NCBI GenBank assembly: GCA_051439425.1
Contig: JBFRWD010000123.1
Span: 1-64,000 of the forward strand
Direction: 5' to 3'
From: Synechococcus sp.
GTDB lineage: Bacteria; Cyanobacteriota; Cyanobacteriia; Thermostichales; PCC-7336
DNA length: 64,000 nucleotides
In this document: positions 21,039-31,259 of the stretch, piece by piece
Position numbering within the stretch: position 1 is the stretch's first letter
How the letters are laid out: every line of letters starts with the position of its first letter
Program-made: the position numbers and the translations under genes
The notes under the pieces: model-generated
Seen by the model: only the letters and a program-made list of their open reading frames with translations
What the model was told of the DNA's origin: nothing
The model's database searches: none

Positions 21039-22952
21039 ATGAATGCTGGACAACGTTTGACCGAGTTACAGAACGAGTACGTCTACAACTACACCCATAT
21101 CGAGCCGATCGCGATGGCCGATGAGTTGCCCGATGGGGAAGGTTTTGGTACGGACTGGGTAATCCAAACGGCTCGTGAAGCTCTTGCAATCGCTATCAAT
21201 AACATCATGGTGAATACGGGGGCTAACACGACGCAAGAGGTGAAGGATGAGATCCGACAAGTGTTGCGGGAAGCTGCGTTCGAAACGCTGAGGGAAGAAG
21301 GAAGAGCCGGTCGACTCAAACTTTACGGCAATCTGGCTCGGTCGGTACCTCGTTTACTGCTGTGGGGCTTTCCGACTAACGAAAGCGAAGTGGAACGATT
21401 TTTAAGCTCGGCTCCAATCAAGGGGCTAGGAGAACAATTCCTCAAGCCGTTTGCCTCTAGAGTTTTGGAGAAACTAGACGACGTCACCAGGGGGGCTGAA
21501 AACGCGGACAGCCTGAGTGACTATCGCGACCAGTTTAAGTACAGAGACGCTCTCCCACTTCCAGAAATTGCTAATACGTTTCTAGAGGATGAAATCTTCG
21601 CCTACATGCGAGTGGCTGGTCCCAATCCGTTGACAATCGAACGGATGACGGTCGAGCAGTGGGAGAGGGAGAAGCAGACGAAGCGCTTTCTGGTTTCAGA
21701 CGAGCAGTTCAAAGCGGTGATGGGGGAGTCTGACTCTCTGGAAACAGCCATTGGAGAGGGGCGAGTTTATTGGCTTGATTACGCCATCTTGAATGGAGCC
21801 ATTAACGGCACTTACGGCCCGCGCCCCGAAAAGCAGAAGTATTTGTATGCGCCACTGGCTATGTTTGCCGTGCCAGTCGGTGACGATCCGAATCGATTAC
21901 TCAAACCAGTAGCCATCAAGTGCGGTCAATCGGATGAATACCCGGTGATTACGCCATCGACGGGGGAGTTTGCCTGGCGCTCGGCAAAAACCGTGGTGCA
22001 GGTTGCTGACGCCAATTTCCACGAAGCAGTCTCCCATTTGGCCCGAACTCACCTGCTGACCGAACCTTTTGTGATGGCCACTCATCGCCAATTGCCCGTG
22101 GATCATCCCTTAAATAAATTACTAGTACCCCACTTTAAGGGAACACTGGCGATCAATAATGCGGCTCAAGAAAGACTGATTGCACCGAAAGGTGGTGTGA
22201 ACGGATTATTATCTGCGTCCATCGATCAGGCCAGGGTACTGGCAGTCGCGGGATTACAGATGCGCGGCTTTAACGACGATTGGCTGCGCAAACGACTAGA
22301 GGCGAGGGGAGTTGACGACACCAGCAAACTGCCTGTGTATCCCTATCGAGACGATGCACTGCTGATTTGGGATGCCATTCACGATTGGGTGGAAGCCTAC
22401 ATCACTATCTACTACGCCACGGATGAGGCAGTGCAAGCGGACGACAGGCTCCAAAACTGGGCTCAAGAAGTCGTGGCATTTGATGGGGGACGGCTGTACG
22501 GATTTGGAGATGCCGAGGATGGAGCGATCACCTCTGTCGCCTATCTAGTGGATGCGGTAACGATGATTATTTTCACGGCAAGCGCCCAGCATGCTGCCGT
22601 AAATTTCCCTCAAAAAGGGATCATGAGCTTTGTTCCGGCAATGCCAACGGCAGGTTACTACCCGGCAGAGAAAATTGGCCCCGAAACGACCGAAGAGGAT
22701 TGGTTCAAATTACTGCCACCCATGGAACAGGCCCAATCAGGGATCAATTTACTGACCCTTTTGGGCTCGGTGTACTACAACCGGCTGGGATTTTATGAGC
22801 CCGGATATTTTGATGTCGAAGCAACCAAACATTTGGAGATCTTCCAGCAGCGACTGGAGGAGATAAGCGGCGAGATCGATCTCCGCAATGTAGACCGTCC
22901 CGATTACGACTACCTCAAGCCAGAGAAGATTCCCCAAAGCATCAATATCTAA
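21039..22952 (+). CDS. Lipoxygenase
   Basis: RVAGPNP, iron ligands in HEAVSHLARTH and QHAAVNF, YPYRDD, and C-terminal SINI. Confidence 0.95.
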   Translation: MNAGQRLTELQNEYVYNYTHIEPIAMADELPDGEGFGTDWVIQTAREALAIAINNIMVNTGANTTQEVKDEIRQVLREAAFETLREEGRAGRLKLYGNLARSVPRLLLWGFPTNESEVERFLSSAPIKGLGEQFLKPFASRVLEKLDDVTRGAENADSLSDYRDQFKYRDALPLPEIANTFLEDEIFAYMRVAGPNPLTIERMTVEQWEREKQTKRFLVSDEQFKAVMGESDSLETAIGEGRVYWLDYAILNGAINGTYGPRPEKQKYLYAPLAMFAVPVGDDPNRLLKPVAIKCGQSDEYPVITPSTGEFAWRSAKTVVQVADANFHEAVSHLARTHLLTEPFVMATHRQLPVDHPLNKLLVPHFKGTLAINNAAQERLIAPKGGVNGLLSASIDQARVLAVAGLQMRGFNDDWLRKRLEARGVDDTSKLPVYPYRDDALLIWDAIHDWVEAYITIYYATDEAVQADDRLQNWAQEVVAFDGGRLYGFGDAEDGAITSVAYLVDAVTMIIFTASAQHAAVNFPQKGIMSFVPAMPTAGYYPAEKIGPETTEEDWFKLLPPMEQAQSGINLLTLLGSVYYNRLGFYEPGYFDVEATKHLEIFQQRLEEISGEIDLRNVDRPDYDYLKPEKIPQSINI

Positions 22953-23002
22953 TTGAAGATGCAGGAGAAAACCTTAGCCGATGAGGGAAGCAGACCTCCC
23001 AA

Positions 23003-23839
23003 TCACTTTTGTTGGCAACTGGGACAAAAGTGAGCCGATCGCCCCGCCAACTTAATTCGTTCGATGGTGGTGCCGCACTTGCGGCAGTCTTCTCCGTCGC
23101 GACTGTACACCCACGCCTGTCCTAAATAATTGCCGTTTACTCCCCCTAAATCGCGGTAGTTGCTGAAGGTAGTACCTCGTTGGGCGATGCTGTCGCTGAG
23201 GACTTTTACGACGGCGGCACGTAACGCGATCGCCTTTCGCTTTGGAATGCGATCGCATGGGGTTTGTGGATGAATTTGGCTCAAAAACAACGCTTCGTCC
23301 GCATAGATATTTCCCACACCCGCCGCCAGCTTCTGATCGAGCAATGCATTCTTAATGGGCTTGCGACTGCGCTTGAGAGTCTTCAGCATGTACGCATCCG
23401 AAAAGCCCGGCTCCAGTGGCTCTGGCCCCAATTTGGCCAATCCCGTCATGACGTCTTTGTCTGGTACCCCCATAGGCACTAGCCACATTTGCCCGAACGT
23501 CCGCTGGTCGTTAAACCGCAGCTCGCAACCATTGGCCATCTCAAATCTGACTCGCGTATGTTTGTGAACCGGTTCGTCATTAGAGCCCATCCACAGCAAC
23601 TGTCCGGTCATGCGCAGGTGTACCCCCAAGCGATCGCCGCTCTCCAATTCGCCCAACAGATACTTACCGCGACGGTGCCAAGCCACTAGCTTTTGGCCTT
23701 CTAGCTTCTGGCAAAAGTTGTCGATGGAGGGGGAGGCTACAGTGCGATCGAGCAAGACGTCTACGGTGGCGATCGCCTGATGCAACGTCTGCTCTTCCAG
23801 ATCTCGCCGCACCGTTTCAACTTCAGGTAACTCAGGCAA
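23003..23839 (-). CDS. mutM: Formamidopyrimidine-DNA glycosylase
   Basis: TTG start then PELPEVE; RRGKYL, HLRMTG, GVGNIYADE and a C-terminal CxxC..CPxCQ zinc finger. Confidence 0.97.
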   Translation of the reverse strand: MPELPEVETVRRDLEEQTLHQAIATVDVLLDRTVASPSIDNFCQKLEGQKLVAWHRRGKYLLGELESGDRLGVHLRMTGQLLWMGSNDEPVHKHTRVRFEMANGCELRFNDQRTFGQMWLVPMGVPDKDVMTGLAKLGPEPLEPGFSDAYMLKTLKRSRKPIKNALLDQKLAAGVGNIYADEALFLSQIHPQTPCDRIPKRKAIALRAAVVKVLSDSIAQRGTTFSNYRDLGGVNGNYLGQAWVYSRDGEDCRKCGTTIERIKLAGRSAHFCPSCQQK

Positions 23840-23843
23840 CTGC

Positions 23844-24233
23844 TTACTCGCCGCAATACACAATCAGGTCAATCTCGACATTCCCTTGGTCCGCAAGTCC
23901 CAATACTCCCACTGTGGTGCTTGAGGGCAGTCGTTCAGCTGAAAAATAAGAAGAATAGACGCGATTGGCCTAATCGTAATCGCGAAAGTCGGTTAAAAAG
24001 ATGCGAGCCATCACGACTCTGTCAAAGCCTGCGCCCGCATGATCGAGCACTAACTTGAGATTTTCCATAACCCGCTGGGTTTGATCGGCGATCGGCCCCA
24101 GCACAAGTTTTCCGGTATCTGGATCTTCCGGTAGTTGCCCGGTGACGAACAGAAAATCCCCCGCCCGAACAGCGTGTGAGTAGGGAGCAACAGGAGGAAG
24201 TTTGCCGTCAGGGAGAGTAATGTATTCCAGCAT
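23844..24233 (-). pseudogene. RidA/YjgF-family gene interrupted by an in-frame TAG
   Basis: APYSHAV..FVTGQLP. After TAG at 23970-23972 the same frame continues ANRVYSSYF..LPSSTTVGVLGLADQGNVEIDLIVYCGE-TAA. Confidence 0.8.
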
Positions 24234-24290
24234 GAGAGACGAACCAATATGCCTTGCAAAAAACGCGAACGTAACTAAAGCTCTCCAGCA

Positions 24291-25496
24291 TTAGCGATTC
24301 TCAACATTGAGTGATTCCTCCACCCGCTTGGCCGCAAACGCCATACCGTAGCAGAAGACAAAGTAAATTGCTGCCACAAACACCAACACCTCCTTATCCG
24401 TCCCCAACCAATCCGGTTGGTTATAAATCTGTCGGGAGGTTCTCAGCAACTCGTTCATACCGATAATGCCGATCAAAGACGTGTCTTTAAACAGCGTCAA
24501 AAACTCGTTCACAATCGACGGAATAGCAGCCTTCAATGCCTGCGGCAGAATAATAAACATTGTGGTTTGAAACGGATTCAACCCCAACGCTTTCGCTGCT
24601 TCCGTTTGGCCGCGAGACACCGCCTGCAAGCCCCCCCGAATATCCTCCGCCACATACACCGCGGTAAACAAAATCAGACCCACCACCGCACGAATAATCA
24701 AGTCCACCGACACCACTCCTAAAAAGAGAGGCACCAGCAACCATGCAGCAAACAAAATTGTGGTTAAGGGAACTCCGCGAATAAATTCAATGGCGATCGT
24801 GCAGAACCACTTCACTACCGGCAACTTATCGTTGTTCCGCCCCAACGCCAGCAAAATTCCGATCGGAAACGCCGTAATCAACGAAGCCGCCGACAACACC
24901 AACGTCAACAACAATCCGGACAAGAAGCGAGTGTCTAGCGGCTTCAGCCCAAAGATGCCACTCACCAGCAACATGAATGACAGCGGCAGAATTACCAGCC
25001 AGATAATCAATGTGGGAGTTTTGAGGGATTCTCGCTTCCACCCCGCTACCAATCCGCCAAACGTAGCGCCACAGACCGCTGCTAGATACGGCTGGGCAGT
25101 CCCAAATGGGAAAAACGCGATCAGGCCCAGAAAGGCACCAATACCAATCACATAGCCTTTCAATAATCCTTGCCAAGCTCCCCCAGCTAGGCCCATCGTC
25201 CCCATTACCAGGCCAAATACCAGCCATACTCGCCAGAGCTGGTCGGCAGGGTAGGTCCCACTAGCGAAGAGCTTGAAGTTAGCGGCAATTACCCCCCAGC
25301 GAGTCTCCTCACCAAAAGCCCAACTGCTAAAACTCCACACCACCCATACCACGATCGCTAACGAGACAATCGTGAGGCAAGTATTGAAGAACGAATCAAA
25401 TAAATTTTCTCGCAACCACTCCACCACCGAGAGGCGACGAGTAGGTGGTTTGATGGTTTCGGGGGTAGGAGCAGGACTTGGAGTCAATGCAGTCAT
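24291..25496 (-). CDS. Amino-acid ABC transporter permease (AapM/NatH-like)
   Basis: EFIRGVP, AEDIRGGLQAV..GQTEAA and LFKDTSL motifs. Confidence 0.92.
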   Translation of the reverse strand: MTALTPSPAPTPETIKPPTRRLSVVEWLRENLFDSFFNTCLTIVSLAIVVWVVWSFSSWAFGEETRWGVIAANFKLFASGTYPADQLWRVWLVFGLVMGTMGLAGGAWQGLLKGYVIGIGAFLGLIAFFPFGTAQPYLAAVCGATFGGLVAGWKRESLKTPTLIIWLVILPLSFMLLVSGIFGLKPLDTRFLSGLLLTLVLSAASLITAFPIGILLALGRNNDKLPVVKWFCTIAIEFIRGVPLTTILFAAWLLVPLFLGVVSVDLIIRAVVGLILFTAVYVAEDIRGGLQAVSRGQTEAAKALGLNPFQTTMFIILPQALKAAIPSIVNEFLTLFKDTSLIGIIGMNELLRTSRQIYNQPDWLGTDKEVLVFVAAIYFVFCYGMAFAAKRVEESLNVENR

Positions 25497-25499
25497 CGA

Positions 25500-26666
25500 T
25501 TAACGCTCCACCAACTTGACGCGACTGTTGAGCCAGTTCACGGAATACGACACCCCGAGATTAATAATCAGATACGCCAGCATCATGATGGCAAACACCT
25601 CAATTGACCTGCCGGACTGATTAATGATCGTGCTGGAAATATTGAACATATCGGCGTAACCAATCGCGATCGCCAAACTGGAGTTTTTGATTAGGGTCAG
25701 AAACTGAGTATTCAGCGACGGCAGCATAATTCGCAGGGCCTGCGGGACAATCACCAACCGGAAAGTATCCAGTTCCGAGAAGCCGATCGCGCGTGAGGCT
25801 TCCCACTGTCCGCGCGGTACCGCCATAAATGCCCCTCGTACCACCTCGGCGATGTAGGCACCGGTGTAGGTCACTAGCCCCAACAATAGAGCCAGGAACT
25901 CAATCGAAAAATTCCATCCTCCTCGGAAATTAAAGCCCCCCAATTCGGGATACTCAATTGCAAACGGAGGGCTAGGAAGTACAACCCAACCAACCGTAAA
26001 CACCAACACCGCACCAATTAGTCCCGACAGAAACGGAACCCCGTTGGGCAGACGAGTACGAGAATGTAACAACTTGGGAATCTGCCAAGCCACGAAGGCA
26101 GCAATCGCCAGCGTAGGCAGCAGCCACCAAGTGGGAGTCGCACTGGGAAAATTGAGGCCGCGATTACTGAGATGAAAGCCAAACAAGGAATAGCTGTCTC
26201 TCACCCGCGGCATCTTCAGCAGTACACCCTGATACCAAAAGAAGATAATCAGCAGAACAGGAATATTCCGAAAGACTTCTGTGATGATGCCTGCCAGCTT
26301 CTTGGCCAACCAGTTGCTAGACAATCGAGCAATGCCGAGCCCCAGCCCTAACAGCGTTGCTAAAACAATGCCGAAGGCTGACACCCAGATGGTGTTGACA
26401 ACACCGACAAGGAACGCTTTGAAGTAAGTATCGGAGGGACTATACGGAATCCCTTCGCTGATGCCAAAGCTGGCAGTGTTTTTGAGGAAATTGAACCCTA
26501 AACTGAGACCAGCGCGATCGAGCCCGCGCAACATATTGCGGAACAGTGTGCCCAGCACCAGCACCACAGCTACGGTAAACACCGCTTGCAGCACAATCTT
26601 GAGCACATTCTCATCACGCCACCAAGGTGGACGGGCGTGAGACTCTATCTGAACTTGGCTAGTCAT
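25500..26666 (-). CDS. Amino-acid ABC transporter permease (AapQ/NatG-like)
   Basis: EVFRNIP, AEVVRG..VPRGQWEA and LIKNSSLAIAIGY motifs. Confidence 0.92.
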   Translation of the reverse strand: MTSQVQIESHARPPWWRDENVLKIVLQAVFTVAVVLVLGTLFRNMLRGLDRAGLSLGFNFLKNTASFGISEGIPYSPSDTYFKAFLVGVVNTIWVSAFGIVLATLLGLGLGIARLSSNWLAKKLAGIITEVFRNIPVLLIIFFWYQGVLLKMPRVRDSYSLFGFHLSNRGLNFPSATPTWWLLPTLAIAAFVAWQIPKLLHSRTRLPNGVPFLSGLIGAVLVFTVGWVVLPSPPFAIEYPELGGFNFRGGWNFSIEFLALLLGLVTYTGAYIAEVVRGAFMAVPRGQWEASRAIGFSELDTFRLVIVPQALRIMLPSLNTQFLTLIKNSSLAIAIGYADMFNISSTIINQSGRSIEVFAIMMLAYLIINLGVSYSVNWLNSRVKLVER

Positions 26667-27434
26667 CGAGAACTCAACCCAGGCAAAGGGAATTCGACAG
26701 TGTTGTCTTCAATACAGACTAAAGATAACCGCCATTCCGTATCTCCGCAGCAGCTTCACGAACATCTTTGGAAGCGATCGCAGTCAAACAGAGCATCATG
26801 TGTCGCGGAATTCTCTGGCATTACTTTACACAGCGGTTCCTCAACCCACTGCTTTTCGATGTCGTCCACTCGGCAATAAGATCCAAATCAGCAAAATAGT
26901 TTTCCCTATTCATTGTTGAAATCACTATAATTATCGAACCTTTTACTATGTCGAAAGACATTTTAGGCGCGACAAAATATAAACTGTTTTAAAGCAATTG
27001 TATAACTGCCGCTCTGAATCAATTGCTTAACCTAGTATTCTTAGAGAGAATTCGCCTGCAAGAATGCGAGTCCAGCATCTAATAATCTATCTGCGGAAAA
27101 TCTACTGTTCGCCATCTCTAACTCAGTCATCAGTCTTATGAGGGTCAAGCATCGAGAATTCTCTCAGTGCTTGTTTATCAAGGACCATAAGGACTAACGG
27201 GGTCAAGATTGTCCTCTGTTCAGGGAAGCTAGATCTAAAGGGTAATCCATCATCTCCACGATCATTTGACTGCGATATAGGTCTGCATTGCCATGTTTAG
27301 ATGTTATTTTTTACATCACTTTCTCGGTATATTCTCAAATCGAAATATCCGATTAAATCTGGGAATCATTGAGTTGTGAGCGAGTATTTTGGGACTGCTT
27401 GCATCAATTCTCTATTCTATCTCAAGGAAAACTA

Positions 27435-27893
27435 GTGAATATATTCAAGAAAATTGTGCGTTCTCTCGTAGCACTTTCGATCGTGTTACTTGTTGCGGTC
27501 GCATTCGGAGCCGGATCGGCTTATGCCGATGACTGCAACATCAACAAGTTCTCCACTCCCAAGGTGGGTCAGAATGGAACGTTCACTGTCACCACAAAGG
27601 CCGACTTGCCACTATCCGCACGAGTAGGTTCGGCTGTCTTAAGCTTCGACCCCCCCAATGCCAGCGGAACCATTGATTCCATCCAAATCAAAAACCTCGA
27701 CAAGCCCGTCGGTCAACAACTGGAATTCGGTTGCGGGCCTCTCAAGGTCAGTGACGGCAAAGTCAGTAACGTCACGGATCTAATCACGGCTTGCGGTGGT
27801 CCTGCTTACTTAGCAAAAGGTACCACCACCTACAACGCATCCGGCTCGGGGTTCCCGGCTGGAACCGTTGCTACCGTCTGCTTGTCGGAATAG
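27435..27893 (+). CDS. Secreted hypothetical protein (152 aa, 4 Cys)
   Basis: AAGGA ribosome-binding site, GTG start, Sec signal peptide ending AYA-D, and a Gly/Thr/Ser-rich beta-like mature part. Confidence 0.75.
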   Translation: MNIFKKIVRSLVALSIVLLVAVAFGAGSAYADDCNINKFSTPKVGQNGTFTVTTKADLPLSARVGSAVLSFDPPNASGTIDSIQIKNLDKPVGQQLEFGCGPLKVSDGKVSNVTDLITACGGPAYLAKGTTTYNASGSGFPAGTVATVCLSE

Positions 27894-28037
27894 CACCAGA
27901 AGCTGTTCATAACAGAGCAAAACACATAGCCAAACAGTTCTTAGACCCAGCATATGCCCTGACTCTAGTCCTGACTGGGCAAGAAAAAGAGGCTAAATGG
28001 GTCTTGCCAGTAGTTGGCTAACCTCGAATTAACAAAT

Positions 28038-28074
28038 AAAAGCGGAGGATCCAATATAAGGATCCTCCGCTTTT
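28038..28074. terminator. Bidirectional Rho-independent terminator
   Basis: Perfect 15-bp inverted repeat AAAAGCGGAGGATCC-AATATAA-GGATCCTCCGCTTTT between convergent genes. Confidence 0.9.
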
Positions 28075-28134
28075 GCTCTCTTTCAGCCAGCACAAAGCAA
28101 GTGCAAGCTATTTAGCAAGGGCTATCCTCCAGGC

Positions 28135-29163
28135 TTAACGGAAAGGAGGAGCGTAGAGCAAACCACCATCTACATAGGAAGCGTTGAACCCGCGCTCGGT
28201 AATTCCTAACGGAGTCAGATGGGTCTCGAACATTTCGCCATAGTTGCCAACCGATTCGATGACGTTGACGGTAAAGTCACTGTCCAAACCCAGAATTTCT
28301 CCCAAGTTGCCATCCTGTCCCAAGAAGCGCTGGATGTTGGGGTCTTCACTGCCAGCAAATGTGCCGATGTTTTCGGAGGTAATGCCAGCTTCCTCGGCAT
28401 AGAACAGAGCAAAGACGGTCCAGTCCATGATGTCGGACCACTGCTCGTCCCCTTGAGGAACCAATGGTCCCAAAGGCTCTTTGGAGATCACTTCACCCAT
28501 GATGATGTGAGCGTCGGGCTCCCCCAGAGTGGTTCGACGAGAGACCAAGGTACTGACGTCACTGGTGTTTACGTCGCAACGACCTTCGTCATAGGCACCG
28601 AAACTAGCGTCGTCGGTGTCGAAGACAACCGGGGTGAAGCTCAGGCCGCGTGCTCGGAACACATCAGCCAAGTTCAACTCGGTGGTCGTACCGGCTAGGA
28701 CACAAATGGTGGCACCGTCTAGCTCTTCGACAGTCGTTACCCCAGACTCAGCAGGGACTAAGAAGCCCTGGCCATCATAGAACGTCGTAGGGCCGTAGGT
28801 AGCGCCCCACTCGCTGTCGCGGGTGAGCGTGTAAGTGGTGTTACGACTGAGCAGGTCGATCTCGCCAGCTTGCAGCGCCGATTGACGGTTGGCAGACGTT
28901 AAGGTGATGTACTCAACGTTATCGGGAGTGCCGAACACTGCGGCAGACACTGCGCGACAGAGGTCAACATCAAATCCGAAGTGGTTTCCAGCCGAATCCA
29001 CGCTGCTAAATCCAGGCAATTGGCCGTTCACACCGCAGCGAACTGTACCGCGAGACCGAACTTGATTCAGAATTTGCGCGTCAGCAGTAGACGTCGCTGT
29101 CAGGCTTGCGGCAATGGCCAGCAATGCGGCCCCTGCAAATGTAGTAAATGGTTTAACCCGCAT
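28135..29163 (-). CDS. Amino-acid ABC transporter substrate-binding protein (AapJ/NatF-like)
   Basis: Signal peptide, CGVNGQLPGFS, LSRNTT, ISKEPLGP and C-terminal GLLYAPPFR; AGGAG ribosome-binding site. Confidence 0.93.
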   Translation of the reverse strand: MRVKPFTTFAGAALLAIAASLTATSTADAQILNQVRSRGTVRCGVNGQLPGFSSVDSAGNHFGFDVDLCRAVSAAVFGTPDNVEYITLTSANRQSALQAGEIDLLSRNTTYTLTRDSEWGATYGPTTFYDGQGFLVPAESGVTTVEELDGATICVLAGTTTELNLADVFRARGLSFTPVVFDTDDASFGAYDEGRCDVNTSDVSTLVSRRTTLGEPDAHIIMGEVISKEPLGPLVPQGDEQWSDIMDWTVFALFYAEEAGITSENIGTFAGSEDPNIQRFLGQDGNLGEILGLDSDFTVNVIESVGNYGEMFETHLTPLGITERGFNASYVDGGLLYAPPFR

Positions 29164-29353
29164 CGTTTTTTTAACTCTCCTGTAAGGTTGGTTGCATTCT
29201 TGACACTGGTAAGCTTTGCATTCTCCAATCGGGAAAAATGTGGCGGTCAATACGACGAAAATGTCCACATACCGGACAATCTTGCTAGTATTTCCGCATT
29301 GGAAATGGCCTAGCACCACCGCGAAGCTGAGAAATACAGACACAGGATATGCC

Positions 29354-30133
29354 ATGAAAGTTCCCCAAGCCTCTGCTGAACCTCAGACTGTCAACGCGCC
29401 TAAGTCAGCCATCATCGAGTGTGTTGACGTTCACAAGTGGTATGGGGAGTTTCACGTTCTCAAGGGGATTTCCACTGAGATTGAAAAGGGTGAAGTGGTT
29501 GTGGTGTGTGGCCCCTCGGGCTCTGGTAAGTCAACGTTTATTCGCACGATTAACCGGTTAGAAGAGCACCAAAAGGGCACGATTCGGGTTGATGGAATTG
29601 AACTAACACACGATTTACGTAACATTGACGCCATCCGCCGAGAGGTTGGAATGGTGTTTCAGTCCTTCAACTTATTTCCACATTTGACAGTGTTGCAAAA
29701 TGTAACACTCGGGCCGGTGTGGGTGAAAAAAAACAAGCGAGGGGACGCGAAAGTAAAAGCCATGGAATTGCTCGATCGCGTCGGAATTGGTGAGCAAGCC
29801 GATAAGTATCCCGGTCAGCTTTCGGGGGGACAGCAGCAACGGGTGGCGATCGCCCGAGCATTGGCCATGAATCCGACAGTAATGTTGTTTGACGAGCCAA
29901 CTTCTGCCCTCGACCCTGAAATGATCAAGGAAGTGCTGGACGTCATGAAAGAGCTGGCTCGCAGCGGTATGACGATGGTATGTGTTACCCACGAGATGGG
30001 ATTTGCACGGGAAGTAGCTGACCGAATTATCTTTTTCGACCAGGGCCAAATCGTGGAAGAAAATACTCCGGAAGAGTTTTTCAACAATCCGCAGGAAGAT
30101 CGGAGCAAGCTGTTCCTATCGCAGATCTTGTAA
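29354..30133 (+). CDS. Amino-acid ABC transporter ATP-binding protein (AapP/GlnQ-like)
   Basis: [25 protein letters not shown] and VTHEMGF motifs. Confidence 0.95.
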   Translation: MKVPQASAEPQTVNAPKSAIIECVDVHKWYGEFHVLKGISTEIEKGEVVVVCGPSGSGKSTFIRTINRLEEHQKGTIRVDGIELTHDLRNIDAIRREVGMVFQSFNLFPHLTVLQNVTLGPVWVKKNKRGDAKVKAMELLDRVGIGEQADKYPGQLSGGQQQRVAIARALAMNPTVMLFDEPTSALDPEMIKEVLDVMKELARSGMTMVCVTHEMGFAREVADRIIFFDQGQIVEENTPEEFFNNPQEDRSKLFLSQIL

Positions 30134-30349
30134 GGGTGCTGCTTAGATCGAACGCAAGCGAGAACGCTGATTTTGCAAGAAGAGCAAATACATCGGGCTG
30201 GAGGTCGATTGCGGCTTCTCGCTCTTTGAAATTCGCTTTCTAGGATTAAAATTATACGCGAGAATTCGATGTAAAGTTCGTCAGGGCCTGATGAATTCAC
30301 AGGCGTGGGTGAGCGATAGTCAGGCTATTCATTCCACCCCACCTCCACC

Positions 30350-31039
30350 ATGTCTAGTCTCTCGCGCGCTCTCACCGCGTCTGCTCTTGCCCTAGCGTCC
30401 CTGGCAACCCTCCCCGCAATGGCCGCGGATGAAGTCACCATTTCAACGAACGTGGGTAGCCGAACGGTTGATCGCGCCGACTTAGAGCATTATGCTCGCA
30501 CAGGTGAAGCTGAAGGTACGCTGCGCTATTTCACGGCAAATTTATCGAATGACCAACAAAGGGTAGTTCGCAGATCGCTGCGTCGCCCCATTGATGTGGA
30601 TTTCCTCCCCTTCTCAAAGTTCGTGCGCTCTGAGTTGGGGACAGCCGCGATCTCGGGATTAGCAGACGGCATCGAGCCCGGTTCGCCAAATGTGGAGTCC
30701 GAACAGGCGCTCAGGGCCGCGTTGGTTGGGGCTGCGTCCGATGGGTCCCTTTCTATCCTGGATTTGCTCGCGGCTTATCCCACCTCAGAAGTGGTGCTGG
30801 ATTGGCCTGATTTGCAATCAATGGCCACAGATTTTCAGGATTCAGGCACGGTTTCAGGGGCGCTGGGGCTGATGGATTGGGTACCGGATACTGTGGCAGA
30901 AAACGTGATCGAACTGTTCATTCAGCCAGCTTCGGCTTCAACCTCTAGTTTGACGACAGAAGAGATGGTTGGCTTGCAGCGATCGCTATCCCAACTGCGC
31001 CGCGAACTAACCGGTGTAATGACTGCGTTTACAGAGTAA
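30350..31039 (+). CDS. DUF1400-like exported protein
   Basis: Signal peptide PAMAA-DE; LEHYARTG, ALRAALVGAA and LLAAYPT motifs. Confidence 0.7.
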   Translation: MSSLSRALTASALALASLATLPAMAADEVTISTNVGSRTVDRADLEHYARTGEAEGTLRYFTANLSNDQQRVVRRSLRRPIDVDFLPFSKFVRSELGTAAISGLADGIEPGSPNVESEQALRAALVGAASDGSLSILDLLAAYPTSEVVLDWPDLQSMATDFQDSGTVSGALGLMDWVPDTVAENVIELFIQPASASTSSLTTEEMVGLQRSLSQLRRELTGVMTAFTE

Positions 31040-31259
31040 GACTCGATACAGCGCTTGATAATACGCGATGGAAAGTTCATTAACCACTTTTCCTTGAAAG
31101 GCAGGTGTTTTCGAAGCCTCAAACCTCCAGAACTTACAGCGAATTGCTACACAACGTTCTGTCTTGTCTCATCAGAGTTGCAACATTTCTTGGAGTATCA
31201 CTACAAAATCTGGTTTTGGATTACCAAAACTCCCGGCGAATAATAGTCACAATTGCTAG

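Noticed and set aside
29181..29196. NtcA site (TGTA-N8-TGCA) between the divergent ABC genes
   Set aside because: The TAC half-site has a mismatch and only a weak -10 lies at the expected spacing; plausible but unsupported.
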